NCBI GenBank assembly: GCA_963721455.1
Contig: CAVRJG010000052.1
Span: 96,001 to 160,000, forward strand
Reading direction: 5' to 3'
DNA: 64,000 nucleotides
DNA from: an uncultured Methanosarcinaceae archaeon
GTDB taxonomy: Archaea; Halobacteriota; Methanosarcinia; Methanosarcinales; Methanosarcinaceae
Shown here: piece by piece, positions 1 to 10,390 of the stretch
Position numbering within the stretch: the first letter of the stretch is position 1
How the letters are laid out: every line of letters starts with the position of its first letter
Translations under genes and position numbers: made by a program
Notes under the pieces: generated by a model
The model's input: the letters and a program-made list of their open reading frames with translations, nothing else
What the model was told of the DNA's origin: nothing
Database searches by the model: none

Positions 1-1020
1 CGCTACGGTATAAAGAACACTATCTGCGTGGGTGGAACAAACATTCCTCCTGAGGTTGCTGAGCTTACTAAAAAGAAGACCGTAACTGCTTTTACGGATG
101 GAGATCGCGGGGGAGAACTCATTATACGTGAACTCCTGCAGGTGGCAGATATCGACTATGTTGCTCGCGCTCCAGATGGAAAATGTGTGGAAGATCTTGT
201 TCAGAAGGAAGTTATCAGAGCCCTTCGCAGGAAAGTTCCTGTAGAACAGATCATTGAGAAATATGGGCTCCAGGAAAGGGACGGCGAAGAAAGTGTCTGC
301 AGAGTAGAAAGGAGTTCTAAGAGAAAGATAAGGGCACCTGAAGTTGTTCCCAGGATTGCTGAGAAGAAGCTGCACAAGCGTGTTAAAGTACACAGGGTTT
401 CCTCAAAATCAGACCTTTACGAAGAGGAGCCTTCGGAAGAAGAGACGGAAGAAGCAATCTCTGAAAAAGCTTTTGAAAAAACCTTTGAAAAGATCCCTGA
501 AAAAGTTCCCGAAAAAACCTTTGAAAAGGTCTCTGAAAGGGTTCCCGTGATGGCAGAAAAAGTCGAAGCAAGACATGTCGTCGCAAAACCCCCGGTTTCC
601 GCACGGGCAGTTACTGCTACCAGAGTCCCCAGAGGAAAGCCTCCAGCTGAAATGGTTTCGGCCGTGAAAGTTCCTGGGGGTGAGGCCGTCAGGGTCTCTC
701 CTGCCCCGGTAAGGACAGTGTCTGTCTCTCCTGAGGCCGTCAGGTTCAGGCCTCATGTTGAAGCTCTGAAAGGGACTCTTACGGCCAGAATTCTTGACTC
801 CGAGGACAAGGTAATAGAGGAAATTGCAGTCCGGGATCTTGCCAGCAGGTTGAAAACCTATAAGGACAATATCCGGAGTGTAGTCTTTGATGGTGTGATT
901 ACCCAGAGGCTTGTTGATATCGCTTCAAGTAACGCAATTAAGAACCTGATAGGTGTAAAAATAGGAAATATTGCCAAAGTACCTGCTGATATGGAAGTTT
1001 TGACCTCAAGTATGATCTGA
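1..1020 (+). CDS. dnaG: Archaeal DnaG-type primase / exosome-associated DnaG, 5'-truncated by the window
   Basis: TOPRIM motif [27 protein letters not shown] and C-terminal [13 protein letters not shown]; long charged/Pro-rich linker; the frame is open from base 1. Confidence 0.92.
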   Translation, partial: RYGIKNTICVGGTNIPPEVAELTKKKTVTAFTDGDRGGELIIRELLQVADIDYVARAPDGKCVEDLVQKEVIRALRRKVPVEQIIEKYGLQERDGEESVCRVERSSKRKIRAPEVVPRIAEKKLHKRVKVHRVSSKSDLYEEEPSEEETEEAISEKAFEKTFEKIPEKVPEKTFEKVSERVPVMAEKVEARHVVAKPPVSARAVTATRVPRGKPPAEMVSAVKVPGGEAVRVSPAPVRTVSVSPEAVRFRPHVEALKGTLTARILDSEDKVIEEIAVRDLASRLKTYKDNIRSVVFDGVITQRLVDIASSNAIKNLIGVKIGNIAKVPADMEVLTSSMI

Positions 1021-1029
1021 GAGATCTTT

Positions 1030-1125
1030 ACTTCTTTCAGTTTCTTTTTTCTGTTTTCAGTTTCCTTTTTCTGTTTTCAGTTTCTCTTTTGTTTTTTCAA
1101 GATTTTACTCTCTTTTTTGTTTCTC
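1030..1125 (+). terminator. Oligo-T rich terminator region after dnaG
   Basis: Repeated TTTTTCTGTTTTCAGTTT tracts directly after the stop codon. Confidence 0.5.
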
Positions 1126-1494
1126 TTCTTAATCCGAATTTTTTTATTTTTTCATAATTTCACTTTCTTCCAACCGTAATTGCCTCATCTCCCACCGATT
1201 TTCTAAAACTGGTATTCTTATATTCCTCATTCCCTCCTGAAGTCGATCATCTCCTGGCTATTATCTTATGTATAATATTTATGTATGGGGCCTTTGGAAT
1301 CACTACGATTTGGCATTATTTCACACTACGGTGCTAAACTTCACACTTTCTGCCATAATCCTTCATTATTTATCATACACATTATATGAAAAACTTTATC
1401 ATGGAAAACTAGGAAATAAGTTTCCTCGGGCAATTCTTTTATCCGATTCAAGATAATATTCAATTGATCTTGTAAAATTGTAGGTCTGTTCGCT

Positions 1495-1773
1495 ATGCAC
1501 AAGGAAGAGCTCATACAACTGCACACATATATGGCCCAAATGAAGAGGTACTTTGAAAGGCACGGGGTAACGCACGAATTCGATGATTACAAGGCTTTAT
1601 CCATAAGCCCTGTACATATTCACCGGAGCAAGGCAGACCACAAGCGCGCAATTTTTATTTTAGGAGGCGAGCTTGCGACCCTTATGTCCCGGGATGACCC
1701 TATCTTTGAGGAAACATCGGTCCAGATGAGGGAATCTCTCAATTCCGTCATCAAGCTCATGGGTAATAACTGA
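1495..1773 (+). CDS. UPF0058 family small protein
   Basis: MHKEELIQLH...ISPVHIHRSKADHKRAIFILG is the typical UPF0058 signature. Confidence 0.85.
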   Translation: MHKEELIQLHTYMAQMKRYFERHGVTHEFDDYKALSISPVHIHRSKADHKRAIFILGGELATLMSRDDPIFEETSVQMRESLNSVIKLMGNN

Positions 1774-2287
1774 TAGGACCCCTGAAGGTAGCAAAGAATT
1801 CGTTGTCTGAAAATATTGGTTCAAGATATTTTTGTTTTGAGATCAAGAGACGGTATGGGTGCAGGTGCATTTTCATCACCATACCATCCTCTCCATCTGA
1901 GTAATATTTTTTTTCGGTCCAGCAGGGTACAAATCCTATGGATCTGTATAATTTTTGTGCTCCTGTATTACTACTTCTCACTTCCAGTCTTGCGTATTTA
2001 AGTCTGTTTGCCACAAAGATGTCACAGATAGCATGGATCAGTCCAGTACCTATTCTTCTTCCCCGATATTCTTCTTTGACACCAATGGAAAAAATATGCC
2101 CTTCGTTTTCTGCGGAACGGTAGCCTACGACATACCCCACGACTTTTCCGTCCTGTTCCGCGACAAGGAAACTGTCTCCCACCATTTCGTAAAAACTCAT
2201 ATAAACGAGGGAGTTATGCTCCGAAAAGGCCTCTCTTTCAATTTCGACTACTTCTTGGAAGTCCTCAGGTGCAAAACGCCTTATCAT
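1757..2287 (-). CDS. rimI: RimI/Ard1-like GNAT N-acetyltransferase
   Basis: GNAT motif A SIGVKEEYRGRRIG; LEVRSSN..AQKLY...GF...YYSDGEDG. Confidence 0.9.
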   Translation of the reverse strand: MIRRFAPEDFQEVVEIEREAFSEHNSLVYMSFYEMVGDSFLVAEQDGKVVGYVVGYRSAENEGHIFSIGVKEEYRGRRIGTGLIHAICDIFVANRLKYARLEVRSSNTGAQKLYRSIGFVPCWTEKKYYSDGEDGMVMKMHLHPYRLLISKQKYLEPIFSDNEFFATFRGPISYYP

Positions 2288-2502
2288 AATATCTTATATT
2301 TATCATAATATCTTATATATTCCTGCCATTTTATTATTTCTTCGCGAAGAAAGTGTCCCTTTCTGGAATCCTGCAGTTAGGATTTCTCATAAATCTGTTT
2401 CATAATTCATGGATTACAGAGTTCATGATAATCCAGGCTGACAGCACCAGGTCCAAAGGTTCTAAATATATCTTTTATAGCTCATTTTAAGGATCAGTGT
2501 AC

Positions 2503-4383
2503 TCAGAGTTTCTTAACGTGCCGGATATCCACTGCAACTCCTCTACGGGATTCCACCATCTCCTTTCCGCTCATCATGGCCCGGCCTACACAGAGGGCTC
2601 TTTTTCCAATGACAATTACTTCATCATTCGGCCTTATTCCCGGATCTGCCTGAATCACTCCGGGGGCAAGAATGGAACCACGTGGGACAAAATCATCAAT
2701 TTTTACCATATACTTCTCACTTTTTACCATCAGTTCCGCCCCTTCGAGGGAAAGGGCAAGCATCCCGTACTGCGGAACCAGAGTTGCAAGCTGTTTTTTC
2801 CCGTCAAAGAGCTGGTGCTTTGGGAAACGGCCTTTGACCGCAAGCTTTCCAGCTTCTTCAGAGAAAAGAAGTCCGGCATCTTCTCCAAACTGATAACCTG
2901 CAATTGCTCTCAGGAAATTCTTTTTCTCCTCTTCCGCATTCAGGCTTTTCTTGCTGAAATTTTCGGCTGCGCAAAGAGATTCAACGGTATTCTTAAGGTT
3001 TGACAGGGCCTCCATAGACACAAGGCTTTCTCTGGCAGTGTAGACTATTTCGATGCCCAGTTTGCTCGCCACTCTTTCACAGATTTCCCTGTATGCCCCT
3101 TCTACATGGGCAACCACTGCCTTATACCTGTATTTTGAGAGATAAGCCTCAAGGCAGCCGGAAACCCAGGCTTTTTCTTCTTCGTCCCAGTGCCCTGTAA
3201 CCGCAGTGTCGTAATGGGATGCAGGGTATGTAAGTTCCAGTTCCCTGGGCACTATTCCAAGGGGCGAGGTTAAAATCACTTCATGGACAAATTTCCGGTA
3301 TTTTCCAAGGGCCAGAATGAATTTCTGATGGGATTGGGAAGTTGAATAAGGTTTTCTGGCCGCACACGGGAGGAGCAGGAGGATATCAAGATCAGGAGGT
3401 GTATACCTCTCCTGTATGCGCCGTGCAAACCTTGCCACTTCTATTCTGGATAGGGCTTCGGAAGTATCTGCAAGGAGCTGGTTTTGCCGGAAAGCAGGAA
3501 CTCTTTCCTCAAGGTAAGAATATTCGAAATCCCCAAGCCTGAGCAGGGCTGTAAGCCAGGGCCTGACCCTGCACTGGCCTTCAACATATTCCCTGAGTGT
3601 TCCTGCCCGGATTTTTTCTCGCACAAGAGAAAGTTCGGCTTCGAGGGCATCCCTGTTATGAGCTGAAATGAGCTTTGCTCTTTCGATTTTCGGGAGCTTC
3701 CGGACCTCTGCGGGACTGGTTGCAGCACATGCCCTGCATCTGCAGGGGAACTCTGTAAGGGAGTCAAGATAAAAACGGCCTGCTGCTGTCAGATAGATGT
3801 CTGAATAGGCTGCAATTTCTGCCCTGGTATCATCCAGAATATCGATTCCGAGATAAGCCAGCATCGCTACATTTTCAGGAAGAGCCAGGTTGGGGGCGTA
3901 CAGAGCTGTATCCGGAGGTATATGGCTTTTGAGATCTATCACTGTCTTCAGAAATCGTCGTGCATTATTTTCTAGAGTACCTGCCCCTTCCATTACATAA
4001 AGGTCGGTTTTCTCAAGTTTTCCTCCTGTTCTTAGAAGAGAACCTGTTGGGCCTTCATCTTCAGGGTTTCTGCTATTGGTGGCAGTAAACGTTTTTGCTT
4101 CCCCGACCGATTCGACTGGAATGGCAGGCGGATAAGCCTGATGAGGCAGGATTATGAGGGTCCCGTTTCCTGCTTTTTCCCGGATTTGGTTTACGCGTGC
4201 TTTAAGCTCTGCCCGGGATTCCGTACCCCAGAAGCTGCCTGCATCAACAACAGGGCCTGGGCTCTCAAGGTTTCCAAGCTCTGCCGTATTCAGAATGCAG
4301 GGAGTACGAAGTTCGGGAGACAGCAGGAGTTTTCCGATCCTTGCTGCTCCGTCTCTCTGTTCTATCTCAAAGTACTGTGTCAT
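2503..4383 (-). CDS. arcS: Archaeosine synthase ArcS (TgtA2) with C-terminal PUA domain
   Basis: TGT-like N-terminus (DGAARIG), CxCxxC, LPCAARKPYSTSQSH motif, PUA domain (GSILAPGV..ADPGIRPNDEV); start placed at ATG 4383 behind an AGAGGA RBS. Confidence 0.9.
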   Translation of the reverse strand: MTQYFEIEQRDGAARIGKLLLSPELRTPCILNTAELGNLESPGPVVDAGSFWGTESRAELKARVNQIREKAGNGTLIILPHQAYPPAIPVESVGEAKTFTATNSRNPEDEGPTGSLLRTGGKLEKTDLYVMEGAGTLENNARRFLKTVIDLKSHIPPDTALYAPNLALPENVAMLAYLGIDILDDTRAEIAAYSDIYLTAAGRFYLDSLTEFPCRCRACAATSPAEVRKLPKIERAKLISAHNRDALEAELSLVREKIRAGTLREYVEGQCRVRPWLTALLRLGDFEYSYLEERVPAFRQNQLLADTSEALSRIEVARFARRIQERYTPPDLDILLLLPCAARKPYSTSQSHQKFILALGKYRKFVHEVILTSPLGIVPRELELTYPASHYDTAVTGHWDEEEKAWVSGCLEAYLSKYRYKAVVAHVEGAYREICERVASKLGIEIVYTARESLVSMEALSNLKNTVESLCAAENFSKKSLNAEEEKKNFLRAIAGYQFGEDAGLLFSEEAGKLAVKGRFPKHQLFDGKKQLATLVPQYGMLALSLEGAELMVKSEKYMVKIDDFVPRGSILAPGVIQADPGIRPNDEVIVIGKRALCVGRAMMSGKEMVESRRGVAVDIRHVKKL

Positions 4384-4646
4384 GTTTGTCCTCTTATGTC
4401 TACCAGAATGTAAAGGTTTGTCCTGCACTTTTTCCTGAAAGTTTCTTTTACTGCCTGCTTTTTTAGAGCTGAAGGGTTCTCTTCTTTACGTTTTATTTCT
4501 CAGTGGCTTTTCAGGAGGAAGAATTATGGTATATTCTTATATATTATTACTCTTGATTATTTGCTGCAACTCATTCCTTATTGATCTGTCTCCAGCCGTG
4601 ACAGAAATTCTATTTTTCACATCTGAATCCTAATTTGAGGTCTATA

Positions 4647-6017
4647 ATGGATATAACTGCAGAACTTCGAAAAATTGTCGGCGTGCGGCTCTCGGTCTCG
4701 CCTTCGGAACTTTATTGTTACTCTTCTGACGCATCCCAGGTCAAGGGAATGCCTGATTACGTAGTACGCCCGGAGAGCACTGAAGAGGTAAGCCGTATTG
4801 TCAGGCTTGCTTATGAGAATAATATCCCGGTGACTGCAAGGGGAGCAGGCACCGGACTTGCAGGCGGGGCAGTTCCTGTTAGAGGGGGTATCGTGCTGGA
4901 TATGTCGGGTATGAACCGCATTCTTGAAATCGATATTGACAATATCCAGGTAATGGTGGAGCCTGGAATAATCCAGGACGCTTTAAATAACGCGCTAAAG
5001 CCGTATGGGTTTTTCTTTCCTCCCAATCCCGGCAGTTCAGCTATGTGTACTATCGGGGGCATGATAGCTTATAACGCAAGCGGAATGCGCTGTGTTAAAT
5101 ACGGTACCACGAGAAACTATGTCCGCGACCTGGAAGTGGTTCTTGCAGACGGAACCGTTATCCATACAGGCTCAAAAATGCTGAAATCCGCTGCAGGCTA
5201 TGATCTGACTCAGCTTATTATAGGTTCAGAGGGCACACTCGGAATCGTCACGAAAGCCAGCCTGAAAGTTGCCCCTCTCCCGAAAACCCGAAAACTGGTT
5301 ATCGCCTCCTTTGAAAATGCGGAAATTGCAGGGAAAGCGGTTGTAAAAACGTTCTCAAACGGGGTCGTTCCTTCAGCCTGCGAGATTCTGGATAGAGTTT
5401 CCCTGCAGGTTCTCAAACGTTACGACCCGAAACTCGTGCTTCCTTCGGAAGGGGACGTCCTTCTCTTCGAAGTTGACGGCACTGAAAGCTCGGCACGTGA
5501 AGCTGCAGAGCAGATAATGAAAGTCTGTTCTCCCCTGGCTCTTTCCATAAAGCTTGCGGAAAGTGAAAAGGAAATGGCAGACATCTGGGCAGCCCGGAAG
5601 CTTGTAGGAGCCGCAGTTTCCCGCCTGGACCCTACAAAAACCCGTATTTATGTCGGAGAAGACGTGGGAGTTCCCATAAAAAGGATTCCAGAACTGCTAA
5701 GGAGGGTACAGGAAATTTCTGAGAAATTCAACCTTCCTGCTATGAAGTACGGACACATAGGAGACGGAAACCTGCACCTTGCCCTCTTTATTGATGTCCT
5801 GAATAAAGACGAGTGGGACCGCCTGAACAAGGCCGCAGACCTGATCCACAGGACAGCGATTGAGCTTGGGGGCACAGTCAGTTCCGAGCATGGTGTAGGT
5901 GCAGCCAGGGCTGAGTACATGGAAGCCCAGTGGGGCCCCGCCCTTGAGGTAATGCGTGCAATCAAAAAGGTCCTTGACCCGAAAGGTATACTAAATCCGG
6001 GCAAATTGGGGTTGTGA
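4647..6017 (+). CDS. FAD-linked oxidoreductase, GlcD/D-lactate dehydrogenase family
   Basis: RGAGTGLAGGAVP, TIGGMIAYNASG..CVKYG, GSEGTLG, GHIGDGNLH, SEHGVG, LDPKGILNPGK. Confidence 0.9.
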   Translation: MDITAELRKIVGVRLSVSPSELYCYSSDASQVKGMPDYVVRPESTEEVSRIVRLAYENNIPVTARGAGTGLAGGAVPVRGGIVLDMSGMNRILEIDIDNIQVMVEPGIIQDALNNALKPYGFFFPPNPGSSAMCTIGGMIAYNASGMRCVKYGTTRNYVRDLEVVLADGTVIHTGSKMLKSAAGYDLTQLIIGSEGTLGIVTKASLKVAPLPKTRKLVIASFENAEIAGKAVVKTFSNGVVPSACEILDRVSLQVLKRYDPKLVLPSEGDVLLFEVDGTESSAREAAEQIMKVCSPLALSIKLAESEKEMADIWAARKLVGAAVSRLDPTKTRIYVGEDVGVPIKRIPELLRRVQEISEKFNLPAMKYGHIGDGNLHLALFIDVLNKDEWDRLNKAADLIHRTAIELGGTVSSEHGVGAARAEYMEAQWGPALEVMRAIKKVLDPKGILNPGKLGL

Positions 6018-7174
6018 AAACCATGAAAAACGAAGGAAAAAAGGAAACTGAGCAGGCAAAAGAGCTGGATAAAATCGAAATAAGAGAGGAAAAAGGAAAA
6101 GAGCAGCCCTTTGAAGTTGACCGCAGATCGGTTTATAGATGCGTGCAGTGCGGGACTTGCCGCTCTGTCTGCCCTGTCTTTGATGTTGTCGGCTGGGAAT
6201 CTGCTAACACGCGCGGAAGAATGCTCATTATAAAAAGTCTGCTCGAGGGCAGGCCGCCGTCAGAAGATGTCCTCTCAAGCCTGGCTTCGTGTACAACCTG
6301 CGGGATCTGTGCTGCCAAATGCCCTGCAGGAGCAAATCCGCCAGAGGTCGTGGAAGCCGCCCGTGCCCAGCTTGTTAAATGCGGCATTACAACTGAAGCC
6401 CAGGAAAAATTAAAGTCAGCGGTCATGACATACGGAAACTCTTTCGGGGAAACGAAGGATCGCAAACACTGGCTTTCCGAAACAGAACGCTCAAAGCTGC
6501 CTGAAAAGTCGGATTACGTCTATTTCGTGGGCTGCTTTGATTCTTACCGCTACCCGGAGTTTGCAAAAAAGACATTTAAAGTTCTGCAACGCTACGGAGT
6601 AACTCTCCTGCCGGATGAGCAGTGCTGTGCTTCTCCTCTTCTGCGTACCGGATTCAGGGAAGATGCAGAAAAGGTCATGGAACGCAACCTTGAGCAGATC
6701 AGGAAAGTGGGAGCCCACACAATTATCACAAGCTGCGCCGGCTGTTACACAACCCTCAAGAACAACTATCCCGGAGAGCTCCGCGTCATCAGCCTCCCCG
6801 AGTTCCTTGCCGAGCATCTGGATGAACTCAAGCTGAAGAAACTTGACCTTACAGTCACCTACCATGATCCCTGCCACCTGGGCAGGCACAATAAGATTTA
6901 TGATGCTCCAAGGAAAGTCATCCAGGCAATCTGTACCCTCAAAGAAATGAAAAATATCAAAGAAGATTCCCGCTGCTGCGGCGGCGGAGGAGGGGTAAGG
7001 ATAGGGTATCCTGACATTTCCCTTGAACTTGCAAGAAAAAGGCTTAAAGACGTGCCCGAAGGCGTGGACTATATAGTTACCTCCTGCCCCCTCTGCGTAA
7101 GGAACCTCAGGGACGCAGGTGGAGATATCGAGGTTATAGATATTGTAGAACTCGTGGCAATGGCGATGAAGTAA
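6014..7174 (+). CDS. GlcF/HdrD-like Fe-S protein (2x[4Fe-4S] plus two CCG domains)
   Basis: Two CxxCxxCxxxCP motifs; QCCA/SCAGC and YHDPCHL/CCGGGG/SCPLC; GTGA overlap with the upstream stop. Confidence 0.9.
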   Translation: MKTMKNEGKKETEQAKELDKIEIREEKGKEQPFEVDRRSVYRCVQCGTCRSVCPVFDVVGWESANTRGRMLIIKSLLEGRPPSEDVLSSLASCTTCGICAAKCPAGANPPEVVEAARAQLVKCGITTEAQEKLKSAVMTYGNSFGETKDRKHWLSETERSKLPEKSDYVYFVGCFDSYRYPEFAKKTFKVLQRYGVTLLPDEQCCASPLLRTGFREDAEKVMERNLEQIRKVGAHTIITSCAGCYTTLKNNYPGELRVISLPEFLAEHLDELKLKKLDLTVTYHDPCHLGRHNKIYDAPRKVIQAICTLKEMKNIKEDSRCCGGGGGVRIGYPDISLELARKRLKDVPEGVDYIVTSCPLCVRNLRDAGGDIEVIDIVELVAMAMK

Positions 7175-7421
7175 TTTTAGCTGCCTGTTTCTCACTTGAT
7201 TTTTACTGCGGGCCGGCTTTATCCGGCTCAACCCATTCTTTTTTCTGCTCCTGAGAAATTGTTTCATCTTTCAATTTTATATTTCAGGATAGCGCACTAG
7301 AAAACTCTCTGTCTTCTATTAACGGCGTATCACAGCATATTTTTATCTCCGTAAAACGATTCTTGTTTACTGAATTCTATAACAAATATAAGTTTTGGAA
7401 GTAAGTTAGGAGAATAGGATC

Positions 7422-7679
7422 GTGAGTTGTAGACCGATAACATTTCGTAAAGTTCCGCCTGATACATTTAAGTGTATGAAAAAGAAGCTTCAGAATTACG
7501 GTATCCATGTCCCGCCGGGAAACAGAGGAGAACTTTCTGGCAAAGGGATTACTGCGGATTTCGAATGGGACGGAATGTCCAATCTTACCATCAGAATCAC
7601 GGAAAAACCTTTTATCGTCAGCTGTGAAATCGTGGCCCAGAAGATAAAACATTTTGTAAAAGAGTGCCACGGTTCGTAA
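7422..7679 (+). CDS. Small hypothetical protein with 4 conserved Cys (paralog 1)
   Basis: AGGAGA RBS plus GTG start; clear paralogy to 7705..7986 (shared CMKKKLQNYGI, PGN.G, F.WDG..NL.I.I.E). Confidence 0.75.
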   Translation: MSCRPITFRKVPPDTFKCMKKKLQNYGIHVPPGNRGELSGKGITADFEWDGMSNLTIRITEKPFIVSCEIVAQKIKHFVKECHGS

Positions 7680-7704
7680 AGGAAATCCGGAATCGGGATG
7701 AAGT

Positions 7705-7986
7705 ATGGGCGAAAGAAAACTGGATACTGAAGGCTGCCAGGGAATTAGATTCAAAAATGTGACTCCTGATGTGTTTTCCTGCATGAAGAAAAAACTCCAG
7801 AATTACGGGATTGAAACTTCACCCGGAAACTCCGGGATGCTTGAAGGAAACGGAATAGTTGCCAGTTTTAGCTGGGATGGGGAGGCAAACCTGATAATTG
7901 AGATCAAGGAAAGGTCTCTGAACACTTACTGCGGGCAGGTAAGCGGAACACTCAGGGCTTTCCTGCGCGAGTGCCAGGGATTTTGA
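7705..7986 (+). CDS. Small hypothetical protein with 4 conserved Cys (paralog 2)
   Basis: Tandem paralog of 7422..7679. Confidence 0.75.
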   Translation: MGERKLDTEGCQGIRFKNVTPDVFSCMKKKLQNYGIETSPGNSGMLEGNGIVASFSWDGEANLIIEIKERSLNTYCGQVSGTLRAFLRECQGF

Positions 7987-8074
7987 GGGAAACCTGACTT
8001 TTCCCCGAAAACATAATTTCTTCCATTCCTGGTTCTTTGAAGCCCGCACGTTTTTGATAAGTTGGGCTCCGGAT

Positions 8075-10285
8075 TTACCCTCTTTTTCTTCTTATCAAAC
8101 ATTTATGGGCATTTCCTATAAGGTCAAGTCTTCCTGCCTTTTCCAGGGCTTCATATACAAGCTCATAGTTTGCAGGGCTCCTGTAGTGCATAAGGGCTCT
8201 CTGCATGGCTTTTTCTTTTTTGCCCCTCGCAACGTATATTTTTTTGCCGGTGAACGGGTCAAGCTCTGTGTAATACATGCAGGTCGATACTGTCATAGGG
8301 GTTGGAGTAAAATCCTGTACCTGTTCTGTGTAGCCCCCGTGGTCCCGTACATACTCTGCCATTTCGATCATATCTTCAAGAGTGCAGCCCGGGTGGCCTG
8401 ACATCAGGTAGTTTACAATGTACTGTCGCTTGCCGCACTTCCTGTTGAGAGCTGTAAATTTTTCGGCAAATTTTTCGTAGACTTCTCTGCCGGGTTTGCA
8501 CATCGCATTCGTGACTCGCTTTGAGAAATGTTCAGGTGCGATTCTCAACTGTCCGCTAATGTGGTGGGCGCAAAGTTCTTCGAGGTACTTTTCATCCTCA
8601 AGAGCCAGGTCGTAGCGCACTCCATAGCCTGTAAAGACCTGCCTGACTCCTGGAAGTTCGCGCAGGCGGCGCAGGAGCTCGAGCAGCTTTTTGTGGCTGG
8701 TATCCAGGGCAGGGCAAATGCGGGGATAGAGGCAGGATTTGTCCAGGCAGGCTCCTTTCTTCCCCCAGGTTTTGCACTCCAGGCCGTACATGTTGGCGCT
8801 GGGGCCGCCTACCCCGTTTATAATGCCTTTGAAATCCGGCTTTTCTGTGAGTTTTTTTGCTTCACGCAGGACGGACTCGATGCTGCGGCTTGCAATCATG
8901 CGTCCCTGGTGCTGCGTAATTGCACAGAAAGCGCAGCCTCCGAAGCAGCCCCTGTGCGTTGTCAGGGAGAATTTTACCATTTCCAGGGCAGGGATAGGTT
9001 CTGTATAGGAGGGGTGGGCTTCGCCAGTGAACGGCAGCTCATATACATGGTCCATTTCAGCGTCTGTCAGGAGACGCATAGGCCTGTTCTGCACGATGAC
9101 GGTTTTCGGGTGAGGCTGGACAACACCTTTTCCAGTAACAGGATTCTGTTCCGTGAAATATTTGCGGAAAGCCTCTGCAAAGGCTGCTTTATCCTGAGAA
9201 ACGTCGGAAAAGGAAGGAATTTCAACGTATTCTTTTAAAAATTCGGCTGCATCCTCAGTTGTTTTCCCAGCTTTCTGTTCAGGTCCGTCCTGTTCATTCT
9301 GTTCTTTCTCTGTCTTTTTGCCTCTTTCTTTGAGTTCTTTCCAGGCTTTAACTTCCATCTTCCAGACCGTGCCCGGAATGTCTTTTATATCTCTGATACT
9401 TTCCCCGGCCTGTAAGCGTCTTGCAATTTCTACGATCTGAAGTTCTCCCATGCCGTAGACCACGAGATCGGCAGGCGCATCAGCCAGAATGGATTGCCTG
9501 GCCTTGTCCGAAAGATAGTCGTAATGGGCAAAACGCCGTAAGGAAGCCTCAATACCCCCCAGCACGATAGGCACATCAGGAAAAGCTTCTTTTATCCTGT
9601 TTGAGTAAATAATTGTAGCTCGGTTCGGGCGAAGCCCTGTTTTGTTTCCGGGGGAATATGCGTCCTTTTCTCGAGGCTTCAGGCCCGCGGTCAGGTTGCT
9701 GACCATTGAATCAGTATTCCCGGCGCTTACGGAAAAGAAAAGTCTGGGTTTTCCAAGTTTTCTGAAGTCTTCAGGGCTGTCCCAGCGCGGCTGGGCAATT
9801 ATTCCTACCCTGAAGCCAGCATTTTCAAGAACCCTTCCTATTATTGCGGTGCCGAAGCTGGAATGGTCTACATAGGCGTCTCCGGTGACCAGGATAATGT
9901 CCAGATCCTTCCAGCCGCGAGCTTTTACTTCTTCAGGGCTCATTGGAAGGAATTCTGATGCAGGTATGCGTGAAGAAACAGATTTTTCCGATTTTTTTGC
10001 CTTTTTTCCGGTCTTAGTTCCGGATCTTTTTTCCGGTTTTTTCCCTGTCTCTGCTGAGGGCTTTGCTTCTGTTTTCTGTCCGTCTGTTTTTTCGGATTTT
10101 GTCCTGGATCTCACTCCTGACTTTGCTTCTTCTCTTGCTTCTTCTTTTGCTTCTTGTCTTACTTCTTGTCTTACTTCTGCTTTTTTTGGGACAAAAAAAC
10201 CCTTTTTTCTGCTCAGCCCTTTTTTATCCGGTTTCTCCAGGCTGAATTTTTTATTTTCTTTTGAAACTTCCGTATCTTTCGCCAT
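8075..10285 (-). CDS. YgiQ family radical SAM protein with a Lys/Glu-rich N-terminal extension
   Basis: VTGDAYVDHSSFG, GGIEASLRRFAHYDY, HRGCFGGCAFC, QVQDFTPTP. Confidence 0.92.
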   Translation of the reverse strand: MAKDTEVSKENKKFSLEKPDKKGLSRKKGFFVPKKAEVRQEVRQEAKEEAREEAKSGVRSRTKSEKTDGQKTEAKPSAETGKKPEKRSGTKTGKKAKKSEKSVSSRIPASEFLPMSPEEVKARGWKDLDIILVTGDAYVDHSSFGTAIIGRVLENAGFRVGIIAQPRWDSPEDFRKLGKPRLFFSVSAGNTDSMVSNLTAGLKPREKDAYSPGNKTGLRPNRATIIYSNRIKEAFPDVPIVLGGIEASLRRFAHYDYLSDKARQSILADAPADLVVYGMGELQIVEIARRLQAGESIRDIKDIPGTVWKMEVKAWKELKERGKKTEKEQNEQDGPEQKAGKTTEDAAEFLKEYVEIPSFSDVSQDKAAFAEAFRKYFTEQNPVTGKGVVQPHPKTVIVQNRPMRLLTDAEMDHVYELPFTGEAHPSYTEPIPALEMVKFSLTTHRGCFGGCAFCAITQHQGRMIASRSIESVLREAKKLTEKPDFKGIINGVGGPSANMYGLECKTWGKKGACLDKSCLYPRICPALDTSHKKLLELLRRLRELPGVRQVFTGYGVRYDLALEDEKYLEELCAHHISGQLRIAPEHFSKRVTNAMCKPGREVYEKFAEKFTALNRKCGKRQYIVNYLMSGHPGCTLEDMIEMAEYVRDHGGYTEQVQDFTPTPMTVSTCMYYTELDPFTGKKIYVARGKKEKAMQRALMHYRSPANYELVYEALEKAGRLDLIGNAHKCLIRRKRG

Positions 10286-10390
10286 AATTTGCTTCCAGGC
10301 TCCTCATTCGCTTCAATCCCCGGTTAAACAGGCAGTGGGACTATTTTCATATCCGGCCCTTCTTTCTCAGACTGTCTTCCCAGACCGTCT

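Noticed and set aside
1268-1526. Short ORFs between dnaG and UPF0058, and 51440..51685
   Set aside because: AT-rich promoter/terminator DNA with no coding signals
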